Counted from the first letter of the stretch, positions 17,983 to 26,807 are shown. The stretch is 47,606 bases of DNA from a virus (IMGVR_UViG_3300042262_000189:1-47606); one strand, 5' to 3'. Notes: a model not told the origin generated them from the sequence alone. Program-made: numbers and translations.

Positions 17983-18825
17983 ATGGCTAACCACGTCATG
18001 GGTGCTGCTGCATCCAATAATCACTCTTTTTTTGTCATCGATGGCATTTCCGTCCGTCAGGATCACGAAGGCCGCTACTGTTTAAATGATTTGCATCGCG
18101 CTGCTTTGACCGCTGGCGCGAATGGGCGAACCAAGGAACCAGGTAAATTTCTTGTGAGCTCCCAGACTGCTGAGCTTATCCATGAGTTAACCGTTACCCA
18201 AAACTTGGGTAACGCTCCTGTAAACACTATCCGCGGTGGCCATGAGCAGGGCACATATGTTTGTAAAGAGCTGGTATACGCCTACGCGATGTGGGTCAGC
18301 GCTGCTTTTAATCTGAAGGTCATCAGGACATTTGACGCGCTACAGGCTGCTGGTGCAGCAACCGTAAATGCCGATCGGATACAGGCTGGCGTAATCCTTC
18401 TGGAGTCTGCAGCCAGAATGCTCAATCTCTCCAACTCGTCAAAGCTCGGGGCATATCAGAAGCTTCAGCAAGTGGCCGGGTTGCCTGATTTAATGCCCTC
18501 TTATGCCATTGATGCGCCAGCTGGCGCGCAAGACGGTTCAAGCAGGCCAACACTTTCTCTCAGCGCTTTGCTTAAAGCTAACAACATCAGAATGACCGCG
18601 AACCAGGCTTATCACCTTATGGCAGGCCACGGCATAGTCGAACAGAAGGAGCGTCGTAGCCGAACGGGTATCAATGGCGTGAAAAGATTCTGGTCTGTTA
18701 CGGCAAAAGGTTGCCTGTACGGGAAAAACATCACCAGTCCGGCGAATCCCAGGGAGACCCAGCCACATTTTTTTGAATCGAAATTCCCTGAGCTGTTGAA
18801 GCTGCTCGGTATTGTTACTCAGTAA
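17983..18825 (+). CDS. KilA-N domain (antirepressor-like) protein
   Basis: RYCLNDLHRA, GTYVCKELVYAYAMWVS. Confidence 0.88.
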   Translation: MANHVMGAAASNNHSFFVIDGISVRQDHEGRYCLNDLHRAALTAGANGRTKEPGKFLVSSQTAELIHELTVTQNLGNAPVNTIRGGHEQGTYVCKELVYAYAMWVSAAFNLKVIRTFDALQAAGAATVNADRIQAGVILLESAARMLNLSNSSKLGAYQKLQQVAGLPDLMPSYAIDAPAGAQDGSSRPTLSLSALLKANNIRMTANQAYHLMAGHGIVEQKERRSRTGINGVKRFWSVTAKGCLYGKNITSPANPRETQPHFFESKFPELLKLLGIVTQ

Positions 18826-18835
18826 GGGGGTGAAG

Positions 18836-19360
18836 ATGAGAATGACACCCCCACACCTGCAACCAGTTCTCTCCCGGGTTAAGCGTTTTGTTGAAAGGCA
18901 ACCCGAGGGCGCCACGCTAACCCACCTGACACACAAAGTGGCGGCATACAGTGGGCTCAATCGCAAAGACAAAGAGAGCCTGATCGACATTATCCGGGAA
19001 AGCGGGATGCTCTGCGTGATCGATGATGGAAGGTCTACTACCTTGCACCACCCGAAATATGGTCACAACACTGTGGCGCCTGTTATGACACCTCCTCAGC
19101 CGACGATGGAATGCAAAATGAATAAACAGCTCGAAGTAACTCCGGAAGCATTGCGTAAACAGGCTGACGCTTTAATCAAAGCGGCAGAGGAAGCGGAGAA
19201 AAAAGCCGGGGATCGTGCGGAAATTAAGAAGCAGCTCGATCCCTTGAAGTTGGAAATTCTCCAGGCGTATGGGATGGCCAGCAGGAAGTTTGACGAGTTC
19301 GTCGATGCTATGGCTGACGTTGGAAAGGCCGTGCAGAAGCTTAAAGATCTCACTGTTTAG
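18836..19360 (+). CDS. Phage hypothetical protein with coiled-coil C-terminus
   Basis: RBS and operon context. Confidence 0.7.
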   Translation: MRMTPPHLQPVLSRVKRFVERQPEGATLTHLTHKVAAYSGLNRKDKESLIDIIRESGMLCVIDDGRSTTLHHPKYGHNTVAPVMTPPQPTMECKMNKQLEVTPEALRKQADALIKAAEEAEKKAGDRAEIKKQLDPLKLEILQAYGMASRKFDEFVDAMADVGKAVQKLKDLTV

Positions 19361-19368
19361 GGGGTATT

Positions 19369-20427
19369 GTGCGAGCGCTACTAACTCCGGAAATAGTGTC
19401 ACGTCTTGGCGTTGTGCTGTTTAAGCCTGGCCGCGAACTCATGCCTCTTTTTGCTGGCGGTCGCGTGTTGATAGAAAGTCAGCCTGAAAAGATGAAAACT
19501 ATTCCAACGGGCCGGATCCCTGATGCACGGCAGCCCCTTGCAGAGCTTGATATTCTTCGCTTTTTCATGAGGGATGAAAGGGTAATTAATGCTGCTGGTG
19601 GCATTAACGCGCTTGAGGCGTGGCTGAAGCATAACGTTAAACAATGCCAATACCCGCATTCACATTACCATCACCATGAATTCGTCACTATGCGCCATCC
19701 TCCGGGCGCATTAGTTGTTTGCTGGCATTGCGATAATGAATTACGTGAACAAACGACAGAGACGCTCTCCGAGTTGGCCTACCAGAATGTGGTCCTGTGG
19801 GTAATAGACACTGTGCTGATCGGCCTGGGATATAACAAAGAGCGCGAGTTATCTATGGCTGAGCTTTGCTGGTGGGCCGTCAAATCCGGCATTGCAGATG
19901 CGATTACAGAGACGATGGCTCAACATGCCTTAAGGCTACCCGTAGAGCCTTTTCTCTCGGTCTACAAAGAAAGCGATATCGTCCCGTCATTTCCTGCGGC
20001 TGAAATGCTCCAGGATCTTGTTGAGCGCGCCTGGATTAAAGACGACACCAGGTACATCGATCCCCAGTTCCCGCAAGAAGTTCAGCCGATTCTGAGTCTT
20101 CGAATTGATCCCGAAAGCCCTGAGTCGTTTATGCTCCGCCCTAAGCGCCGGCGTTGGGAATGTCCGCAATATACCCGGTGGGTAAAAACTCAGCCTTGTG
20201 AATGCTGTAGGCAACCCGCAGACGATCCACACCATATAATAGGGCATGGTCTGGGAGGTACCGCAACAAAGGCCCATGATCTCTTCGTGATACCGCTGTG
20301 CAGAGTGCATCACGATGAATTACATGCCGACGTCTCAGCATTCGAACAGAAATACGGCACTCAGTTAGAGCTGTGGGCTCGTTTTCTGGATCGGGTTATG
20401 GGTATTGGCGTCATTTTAAAAGCATGA
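19369..20427 (+). CDS. DUF968/YdfU-family protein
   Basis: MRALLTPE, CWHCD, QPCECC..DDPHH..PLCRVHH. Confidence 0.88.
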   Translation: MRALLTPEIVSRLGVVLFKPGRELMPLFAGGRVLIESQPEKMKTIPTGRIPDARQPLAELDILRFFMRDERVINAAGGINALEAWLKHNVKQCQYPHSHYHHHEFVTMRHPPGALVVCWHCDNELREQTTETLSELAYQNVVLWVIDTVLIGLGYNKERELSMAELCWWAVKSGIADAITETMAQHALRLPVEPFLSVYKESDIVPSFPAAEMLQDLVERAWIKDDTRYIDPQFPQEVQPILSLRIDPESPESFMLRPKRRRWECPQYTRWVKTQPCECCRQPADDPHHIIGHGLGGTATKAHDLFVIPLCRVHHDELHADVSAFEQKYGTQLELWARFLDRVMGIGVILKA

Positions 20428-20445
20428 GTGTATGGAGTGCTTAAC

Positions 20446-21204
20446 ATGAAACTTGAATCATTACCGAAATTTTATTCCCCAAAGTCACCAAACCTTAATG
20501 ATGAAACTCCGGCTACTGGGGGCACTTCTCTAACGATTACGGATGTTATGGCAGCACAAGGTATGGCGTCTGCCCAGGCTCGATTTGGCTTCAATTTGTT
20601 TCTCGCAAAAATGGGTATTCAGGATCCCGAGCCGGCTATCGAGCAACTAACCAATTACGCGATGACATTAAAGAACCCTGTAATGTCCAAACTTTCCGAA
20701 AGTGTTCGTATTGAAATGGCTTCTTGCTTAGCAACTTTTGCTTTCAATGATTATGCGCGTTCAGCTGCCAGCAAGAGCACATGCCCACAATGCAATGGGC
20801 AGCGAGTCATTCGGGAGGTAAAGGACGTTGTTAAACACCCTGGAGTGAAAGGCATCCCACCTATGATTAAACCTGAAGAGGTTGAGTCAACATGCAGTCA
20901 TTGCGCAGGGAAGGGCTGGATCAGTACAGCATGCAGGGACTGCCGTGGACGCGGCCTCGTACTCGATAAAAAACGCACTGAGTTGCATAAAGTACCTGTG
21001 CAAAAATTATGTGGACGGTGTAATGGCAAGGGTTACAGCCGCTTGCCTACGACACTGGTTAAAGATCGAGTAATACGACTGGTACCTGATATGACCAATT
21101 ATCAGTGGTATAGCGGATATGCCGAGGTGATCAATATTCTGGTTACAAAATGCTGGCAAGAGGAGACCTTCGCTGAGCAGAAATTGAAGGAAGTGACACG
21201 ATAG
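20446..21204 (+). CDS. Q: Late antiterminator Q
   Basis: LTITDVMAAQG, four CxxCxG motifs; followed by pR'. Confidence 0.9.
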   Translation: MKLESLPKFYSPKSPNLNDETPATGGTSLTITDVMAAQGMASAQARFGFNLFLAKMGIQDPEPAIEQLTNYAMTLKNPVMSKLSESVRIEMASCLATFAFNDYARSAASKSTCPQCNGQRVIREVKDVVKHPGVKGIPPMIKPEEVESTCSHCAGKGWISTACRDCRGRGLVLDKKRTELHKVPVQKLCGRCNGKGYSRLPTTLVKDRVIRLVPDMTNYQWYSGYAEVINILVTKCWQEETFAEQKLKEVTR

Positions 21205-21236
21205 CTACATTTTAATGAAAAATAGCAGCAAGATAC

Positions 21237-21280
21237 TTGCAATATTCAAAATTATTGGGTAGTATTTTTCTAACGATGGG
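21237..21280 (+). promoter_or_regulatory. Late promoter pR' with sigma pause element
   Basis: TTGCAA-17-TAGTAT, then AACGATGGG as in the lambda pR' initial transcript. Confidence 0.85.
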
Positions 21281-21302
21281 CTTTGTATGTTCAACGTTGA
21301 TT

Positions 21303-21327
21303 AACCCGCCAATGAGCGGGTTTTTTT
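21303..21327 (+). terminator. tR' terminator
   Basis: AACCCGC-caatga-GCGGGTT + T run. Confidence 0.88.
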
Positions 21328-21429
21328 ATGGGCTGAAGTCACGCAATTCCGCTTCTTTTTCAATTACTTCTTGCTGGCATAGCTGACCAGAGTTATCTGT
21401 GTGTCACGCCAACTTGATAGGAAAAAGAC

Positions 21430-21621
21430 ATGCTAAATCAGCAGGATATGACGGAAACGGCCCGGGCAGTTTTGAACACTTTAAGCAGCGAACCTGCGAC
21501 TGCTGGGGAGATTGCTCAGAATACACACCTGACGCATGAACGTTGCCAGTTAATACTGACGCAACTTGTGATGGCAGGCTTATCGGATTATCAGTTTGGA
21601 TGTTATAAGCGCCTCCAGTAA
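21430..21621 (+). CDS. Small wHTH-like protein
   Basis: ATAGEIAQNTHL..LVMAGL; RBS and downstream hairpin. Confidence 0.7.
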   Translation: MLNQQDMTETARAVLNTLSSEPATAGEIAQNTHLTHERCQLILTQLVMAGLSDYQFGCYKRLQ

Positions 21622-21771
21622 TGGGGGCTTTTTGCTGTGAAAATGGGCGGCTGGTGGGTGTTGTAGCACCCGGCCAGCCATCAGCTCATGCTTTGAGGTC
21701 ACAAGCTAACCAAGGCCCACTGCTTTAGCGCAAAAGCAAAGTGAGCCTACCAGAGTTACGCTTACTGATCT

Positions 21772-22821
21772 ATGGAAAATACTGTAAAAATATCCAGTAT
21801 TGAGTTAATCAATGCTGATTGCCTGGAATACCTCCCAACGCTACCCGATAACTCCATTGATCTTATCGTTACTGACCCACCTTACTTCAAGGTGAAGCCA
21901 AACGGCTGGGATAACCAATGGAAAGGGGACGAGGACTATTTACGCTGGCTTGATAGCTGTCTGGTGCATTTCTGGCGTGTTTTGAAACCATCCGGCAGCA
22001 TGTACCTTTTTTGCGGGCACCGCCTGGCAGCGGATATCGAGCTTTTAGTGCGTATGCGGTTTAACGTGCTTAACCATATCATCTGGGCCAAGCCATCAGG
22101 TCGCTGGAACGGTTGCAACAAGGAGAGCCTGCGCGCGTATTTCCCCGCGACGGAACGTATCATTTTTGCCGATCATTATCAGGGGCCATACAGGCCAAAG
22201 GATGATGGATACGCCGCGAAATGTAACGAGCTAAAACAGCATGTCATGGCACCATTAATGTCTTATTTCCGGGACGCCCGGGAATCTCTCGGGGTGACAT
22301 CAGCGCAAATTGCGGAAGCCACAGGTAAGAAAAACATGGTTTCCCACTGGTTTGGCGTTAGTCAGTGGCAGCTGCCGAACGAAGCTGATTATTTGAAGCT
22401 GCAAGCGCTATTTCAAAAAATTGCCATGGATAAGCACTCCCGCCAGGAATTGGACAAACCTCACCACCAGCTCGTTGCGACCTGGCAATCGCTGAACAGA
22501 AAATATTCGGAACTTCAGCAGGAATATTACCGGTTACGGCGCCCGTTTAGCGTGTCTGTCACGGTGCCTTATACCGACGTCTGGACTCATAAGCCGGTTC
22601 AGTTTTATCCCGGCAAACATCCCTGTGAGAAACCTGCCGATATGTTGCAGCAGATCATTAATGCCAGCAGCCGGCCAGGCGATGTGGTGGCTGATTTCTT
22701 TTTCGGATCCGGGTCAACGCTAAAGCAAGCTGCCTTGCTTGGACGGAAGGGCATAGGTGTTGAGCTGGAAAAGGAACGGTTTGAACAGACGGTAATTGAA
22801 ATGCGTAATTTGCTGGTTTAG
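21772..22821 (+). CDS. Beta-class N6/N4 DNA methyltransferase
   Basis: DPPY precedes HPCEKP and DFFFGSGS. Confidence 0.92.
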   Translation: MENTVKISSIELINADCLEYLPTLPDNSIDLIVTDPPYFKVKPNGWDNQWKGDEDYLRWLDSCLVHFWRVLKPSGSMYLFCGHRLAADIELLVRMRFNVLNHIIWAKPSGRWNGCNKESLRAYFPATERIIFADHYQGPYRPKDDGYAAKCNELKQHVMAPLMSYFRDARESLGVTSAQIAEATGKKNMVSHWFGVSQWQLPNEADYLKLQALFQKIAMDKHSRQELDKPHHQLVATWQSLNRKYSELQQEYYRLRRPFSVSVTVPYTDVWTHKPVQFYPGKHPCEKPADMLQQIINASSRPGDVVADFFFGSGSTLKQAALLGRKGIGVELEKERFEQTVIEMRNLLV

Positions 22822-22887
22822 CTCAGCAGGTAGAGCGCCTGCCTTGTAAGCAGGATGTCGGCGGTTCGATTCCGTCAACCAGCTCCA
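22812..22887 (+). tRNA. tRNA-Thr (UGU)
   Basis: 76-nt cloverleaf: GCTGGTT/AACCAGC acceptor, CCTGC-CTTGTAA-GCAGG anticodon arm, GTTCGATTC, encoded CCA. Confidence 0.93.
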
Positions 22888-23183
22888 CATACTCCCGCGA
22901 AGATTCTGCCGGTGCGATACCGGCCGCGGCTTCACGGAACTGAACTTACGTGGAGAGCAGGGAATGTACATGGCTAATTAACATTAATTGAACATATTTA
23001 GTGCCCAAATATGTTCATCTATCAATATATAGCACTTATAATAAATTAGCTTGTTAAGTTGCTATCTATATAACTAAATAGCATTTATGAAGTGTTTACT
23101 TGTTGCTATATTGCATCTAATGCCAACGGATTGCTCTGATTTACCAAAGTGATTGGCAGTTTTTCTGTTAATCGTCTTGGATT

Positions 23184-23630
23184 ATGGACATGACTCAAAT
23201 CTCACAGCAAACGACAAAAAATAAAAATTCGTTAACGTTTCCTGCAGACTTCCCTGCGGGCACTCCACCTCAGGAAGCGCAAGATGCTTCAGGTGTATTC
23301 TTTCGTCTTACAAAGGCAAATCCTCCAGGGGATCAGTGCTTTTTGAATATGAAAGATGAAAATCCTAAACGATTAAAAAAATTCACAGGGCATAAGCTAA
23401 AGTGTTGTTATGGTGTATCAGTTTATACTGATGAAAATTCAATTATTAATGCCTTTAATAAGTTTCCTGATGGTATTGGTGAGCGATTTGTTGCTCAGGG
23501 TGAGTTTGCAGCTAACGACGGAGTTATGCTAAAAACAGGTGCTCCAGATTCAACTCACTACACAATATGGCTTTATAACGAATCGCTGGTACATGCCAAA
23601 TTTGTTTGTGTAAGGAGGCTGGATAAATGA
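23184..23630 (+). CDS. AT-rich moron protein, putative ADP-ribosyltransferase-like fold
   Basis: FFRL...GVSVY...THYTIW pattern; ATGA coupled to next gene; functional call is inference. Confidence 0.6.
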   Translation: MDMTQISQQTTKNKNSLTFPADFPAGTPPQEAQDASGVFFRLTKANPPGDQCFLNMKDENPKRLKKFTGHKLKCCYGVSVYTDENSIINAFNKFPDGIGERFVAQGEFAANDGVMLKTGAPDSTHYTIWLYNESLVHAKFVCVRRLDK

Positions 23631-24916
23631 GTAACATCTTCCTTAAAGACAGCGCGTTTGGTGAACTAAAATACGAAAATGTTTATGAGTTTTTCGAAGG
23701 GCCAAAATTTTTCTCAGTTACTAATGAGATAAATAGTCTATTTGCTGTTTATTGGTTAGGGGATTATGATGACTTCGAAAAGTGGATCGTCATTCCCATA
23801 TCTGCTGAACGCTTGGAATCTTTGGAAAGAAAAAGAATAGATATTCGTAGTGTTCTAATGCACCAAGAGCAAAAGAAATACTATCAGTTAGATGTGTTTT
23901 ATGAGAATGAGCGAGTTGTAGCATTAGCTTTAGATTCGTCTTCTGTCTCTGACAACATGACCTTGCCACAAAGTGGATTGTTTATAAGCTCTGTACTGCC
24001 TGTTTTAGCTAATGGTAAAATAGGCAAGGCAATTGAGTTTTCAACTCATGAAATTCATGTGGAGAAAACCAAGTCATCCACTGATCCATTAGTACTAAAT
24101 GGTGTTTCTAAATTATTTGAATGTTTCAATGACTTATACTCATCGATCATTAACTCTTTTGATGAAAAGGACTTGGTGCGACCAGTATCTGGTCGCCCTG
24201 GATCTTTTGTGCTTTCTTTCCAAGCTGAAAAAATGCAGAAAGTAGAGCCGTTATTAAAAGAGTTAAGTGATTTGATTGGTGCTAAAGGTGATATAGTTAG
24301 TTTTATTAAAAACAATAATATTGATGTTCAAATGCTTTCAGCTTTATTTGATTCTGTTGTTAATACAAGTTCAAGCTTTGAATTAAAAAGTAACTATACA
24401 GATGAGGTTGTATTAATAGTTCGAAAAGCGGATGCTGAATTTTACTCCAAAACTTTGGCTAAGATGTCTGCCCAGGTTGTTGGCGGCTATCAGGTACCTC
24501 AAGCCAATTTAATTGATCAGGTTTTTAAAATTGTAGAGTTAAAATGGAAGGGTATATATCTTGATGTAATTAGTACAGGCCTGGATCCTCGTCATATACT
24601 GTACTATATACACGCAGGTAAAATTCTAGGTTTACTTAATGAAAATGGTTCAGTCTCTGCACTCGGACAACAATTAGCTGAATCTGAGCATGAAAAGAGA
24701 TTAAGGATTGCGGCCCGTGGCTTTGAGTCCAGTCATTGTGGTTGGGCTTGGATACAATGGAGCCAGGCAAAAAATCTTTCAGAACTAGATGCCTCAACGG
24801 CAGAACCTTTTTTGTTTGATATGTGCTTATCGCTTAGCGATAAAACTAAGAAGCGAAGAGCTTCGACTTTAAGACAATGGTGTGAAGCTTTGCAACCAGC
24901 ATACCGAGAGTTGTAA
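23627..24916 (+). CDS. AT-rich moron protein: DUF6575-like N-terminus, wHTH-like C-terminus
   Basis: YEFFEGPKFF..YW..W; VPQAN..YYIHAGKILG..RRASTLRQW. Confidence 0.7.
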   Translation: MSNIFLKDSAFGELKYENVYEFFEGPKFFSVTNEINSLFAVYWLGDYDDFEKWIVIPISAERLESLERKRIDIRSVLMHQEQKKYYQLDVFYENERVVALALDSSSVSDNMTLPQSGLFISSVLPVLANGKIGKAIEFSTHEIHVEKTKSSTDPLVLNGVSKLFECFNDLYSSIINSFDEKDLVRPVSGRPGSFVLSFQAEKMQKVEPLLKELSDLIGAKGDIVSFIKNNNIDVQMLSALFDSVVNTSSSFELKSNYTDEVVLIVRKADAEFYSKTLAKMSAQVVGGYQVPQANLIDQVFKIVELKWKGIYLDVISTGLDPRHILYYIHAGKILGLLNENGSVSALGQQLAESEHEKRLRIAARGFESSHCGWAWIQWSQAKNLSELDASTAEPFLFDMCLSLSDKTKKRRASTLRQWCEALQPAYREL

Positions 24917-24980
24917 ATTACAACATGGTTTTCTAGATCGATGTTGTTCTAGTTTTTATTCATATTGTTTTCATACTTTT

Positions 24981-25005
24981 AAGGCTCGCGTTCGCGGGCC
25001 TTTTT
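24981..25005 (+). terminator. Intrinsic terminator
   Basis: AAGGCTCGCG-tt-CGCGGGCCTT + T run. Confidence 0.85.
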
Positions 25006-25018
25006 CATATCTGCGCCA

Positions 25019-25123
25019 CGCCCGGCGTATAAAACCTGCAGAGCTTTTCGGGGTGAGCCTTTGGAATGGTCGTGGGACTGTTCTGCAGGGCGGCCACTCT
25101 GGGCGAAGGCTCACCTCAAAAGG
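25019..25123 (+). promoter_or_regulatory. Bistable structured 5' leader RNA, copy 1
   Basis: Four helices in two mutually exclusive sets; one set masks the SD. Confidence 0.65.
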
Positions 25124-25131
25124 ATAGTCAC

Positions 25132-25977
25132 ATGAAAAAGTTAATCATGGCCGCAATCGCGGTCGCTTCGCTATGCCTGAGTAACGTTGTGGCAGCTGCG
25201 GATGTCGTCATCACCACCGGCCAGCAGGGCTTAACCTACAACACGGTATATGGCGTAAATCTGGCCGGTGCCCTAACCGAATATGGCTACAGCTCGACGG
25301 TGATCCCCAGCAAAGGCTCGCTGGACAACCTCGATAAGGTCGCCAGTGGTACTGCTCAGATTGGTTTTACCCAGGCCGACGCTTACCAGTTCTGGCGCAG
25401 CCGCCACGGCAACGAAGCTCAGAAAGTGGACATTATCGGTGAACTCGCTGATGAATGCGTTTTCGTAGCTGCCAAGAAGGGCGGGAAGGTCAGCGATGAG
25501 GGAGATTTAAAAGCCGGGGTGAAAATTGCAGTCGGCGAGCCCACCAGCGGATCGTATGCGTCCTGGCAATACCTGCAAAGCCTGGAAAAAAACTACGCGA
25601 AGGTCGAAACCTACGCGAAAGGCGGCGTGCGCTCGCTGGCGAAAGTCACTACCGGCGAATATGACGCTTTCCTCTGGGTATCCGCGCCGGACAGGTCGAA
25701 TAAATTTCTGGAAGCGGTTAACCAGGAGAGCAGCGGCCTGACCATGATCGACATGAACGGCTGGCATGTTGACGATAAGCTGCCGAACGGTAAGCCGGTC
25801 TACGAGCTCAAAAAAGCGGTAACTCAATCCGGCTGGCTGAGTGATTCAAAGGTCAAGGTACCATGTACCAAAACACTGGTGGTCGCTAATACCGATGCCG
25901 GTGATGAATTGCTGGAAACAGCGTCGACCGTTCTGTTGAAAAACCTCAGCCGTGTGCTGGGTACAGATGGTAAGTGA
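25132..25977 (+). CDS. TAXI-family-like periplasmic solute-binding protein
   Basis: Signal peptide; SKGSLDNL..AQIGFTQAD; GEPTSGS. Confidence 0.8.
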   Translation: MKKLIMAAIAVASLCLSNVVAAADVVITTGQQGLTYNTVYGVNLAGALTEYGYSSTVIPSKGSLDNLDKVASGTAQIGFTQADAYQFWRSRHGNEAQKVDIIGELADECVFVAAKKGGKVSDEGDLKAGVKIAVGEPTSGSYASWQYLQSLEKNYAKVETYAKGGVRSLAKVTTGEYDAFLWVSAPDRSNKFLEAVNQESSGLTMIDMNGWHVDDKLPNGKPVYELKKAVTQSGWLSDSKVKVPCTKTLVVANTDAGDELLETASTVLLKNLSRVLGTDGK

Positions 25978-25979
25978 TT

Positions 25980-26132
25980 ATGATCCGCCGGTTATGCTGC
26001 TGGGTGCTGTTTGTCGTCCTATTGCTCGTTGCCTGGCGACTAGCAGGCGTGCTGGTAGATATGGTGCTGCTGGTCATCATCGTGGTGGCGCTGGTGGCCT
26101 GCCGGCGCTGGCCTTTTAAAAGAAAAACCTGA
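25980..26132 (+). CDS. 50-aa membrane protein (not in ORF track)
   Basis: MIRRLCCWVLFVVLLLVAWRLAGVLVDMVLLVIIVVALVACRRWPFKRKT. Confidence 0.65.
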   Translation: MIRRLCCWVLFVVLLLVAWRLAGVLVDMVLLVIIVVALVACRRWPFKRKT

Positions 26133-26212
26133 CACTGTGCAAAAGGCATCTTCGGGTGCCTTTGACAGAGTGCTTGCTATTGACGATGAGAATGATGTCG
26201 TCATAAATTATT

Positions 26213-26366
26213 GGTGTGGTGAATCCCCCTATGCGGAGGGGCGGAAACAGCTTAAATGGAATCCTTATGATTCACTCGGACCGCAAGTCATGGTTGCTGA
26301 CCAAAGGCTTACTGAGAGGCACTCAGCACCACACCCCAATTTCAGCCCACGTTATCGCGTGGGCTT
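26213..26366 (+). ncRNA. Candidate structured ncRNA
   Basis: Closing stem GGTGTGGTG/CACCACACC, internal hairpins, upstream TTGACG-18-TAAATT, downstream hairpin. Confidence 0.5.
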
Positions 26367-26370
26367 AACA

Positions 26371-26763
26371 TTATTGGCGTATTGCGAGTCTGATCGCTAT
26401 TGCTTCCAGGTCGGAGAGGAATGTTTCCTCATAAACTGCATTGTTCATTGCGTCTATCGCAGCCTTACGATCTTGCTCATCAGAGTATTCGTAGCGGTCT
26501 GCAATTTGAGTAATCATCTCAATAGAGATGTCGTCACCACGCAACTTGTCGCTATTGATGATGTCGATGGCCGCTTTGATTTTCCCCATTTCAAGCTCCA
26601 TCGCCTCGAGTAAGCGATTTGATAGGTTTTCCGGTTGGGACTTCCCAGACACGAAATTCCTCACGGTACGGTCAGAAATACCGAGGGCGCGTGAAAGTGC
26701 AGACTGCCACTTATCCCCATATACCGCTTCCCCAACAGCGCGTAATTTTTCCAGATTGTTCAT
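26371..26763 (-). CDS. HTH transcriptional regulator
   Basis: WQSALSRALGISDRTVRNF HTH; AGGTGAG RBS. Confidence 0.85.
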   Translation of the reverse strand: MNNLEKLRAVGEAVYGDKWQSALSRALGISDRTVRNFVSGKSQPENLSNRLLEAMELEMGKIKAAIDIINSDKLRGDDISIEMITQIADRYEYSDEQDRKAAIDAMNNAVYEETFLSDLEAIAIRLAIRQ

Positions 26764-26807
26764 AGCATCTCACCTTTAGGCCCGCATCACGCGAGCCTGT
26801 CAGAATT

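Noticed and set aside
26219-26250. Loose likeness of GTGAATCCCC..GGGGCGGAAACAG to a type I-E CRISPR repeat (RNA anti-CRISPR idea)
   Set aside because: Only the CCCC/GGGG stem matches; length and loop differ and it is embedded in a larger fold.
26137-26613. 158-aa plus-strand ORF
   Set aside because: No RBS; spans a terminator, the structured RNA and the antisense HTH gene.
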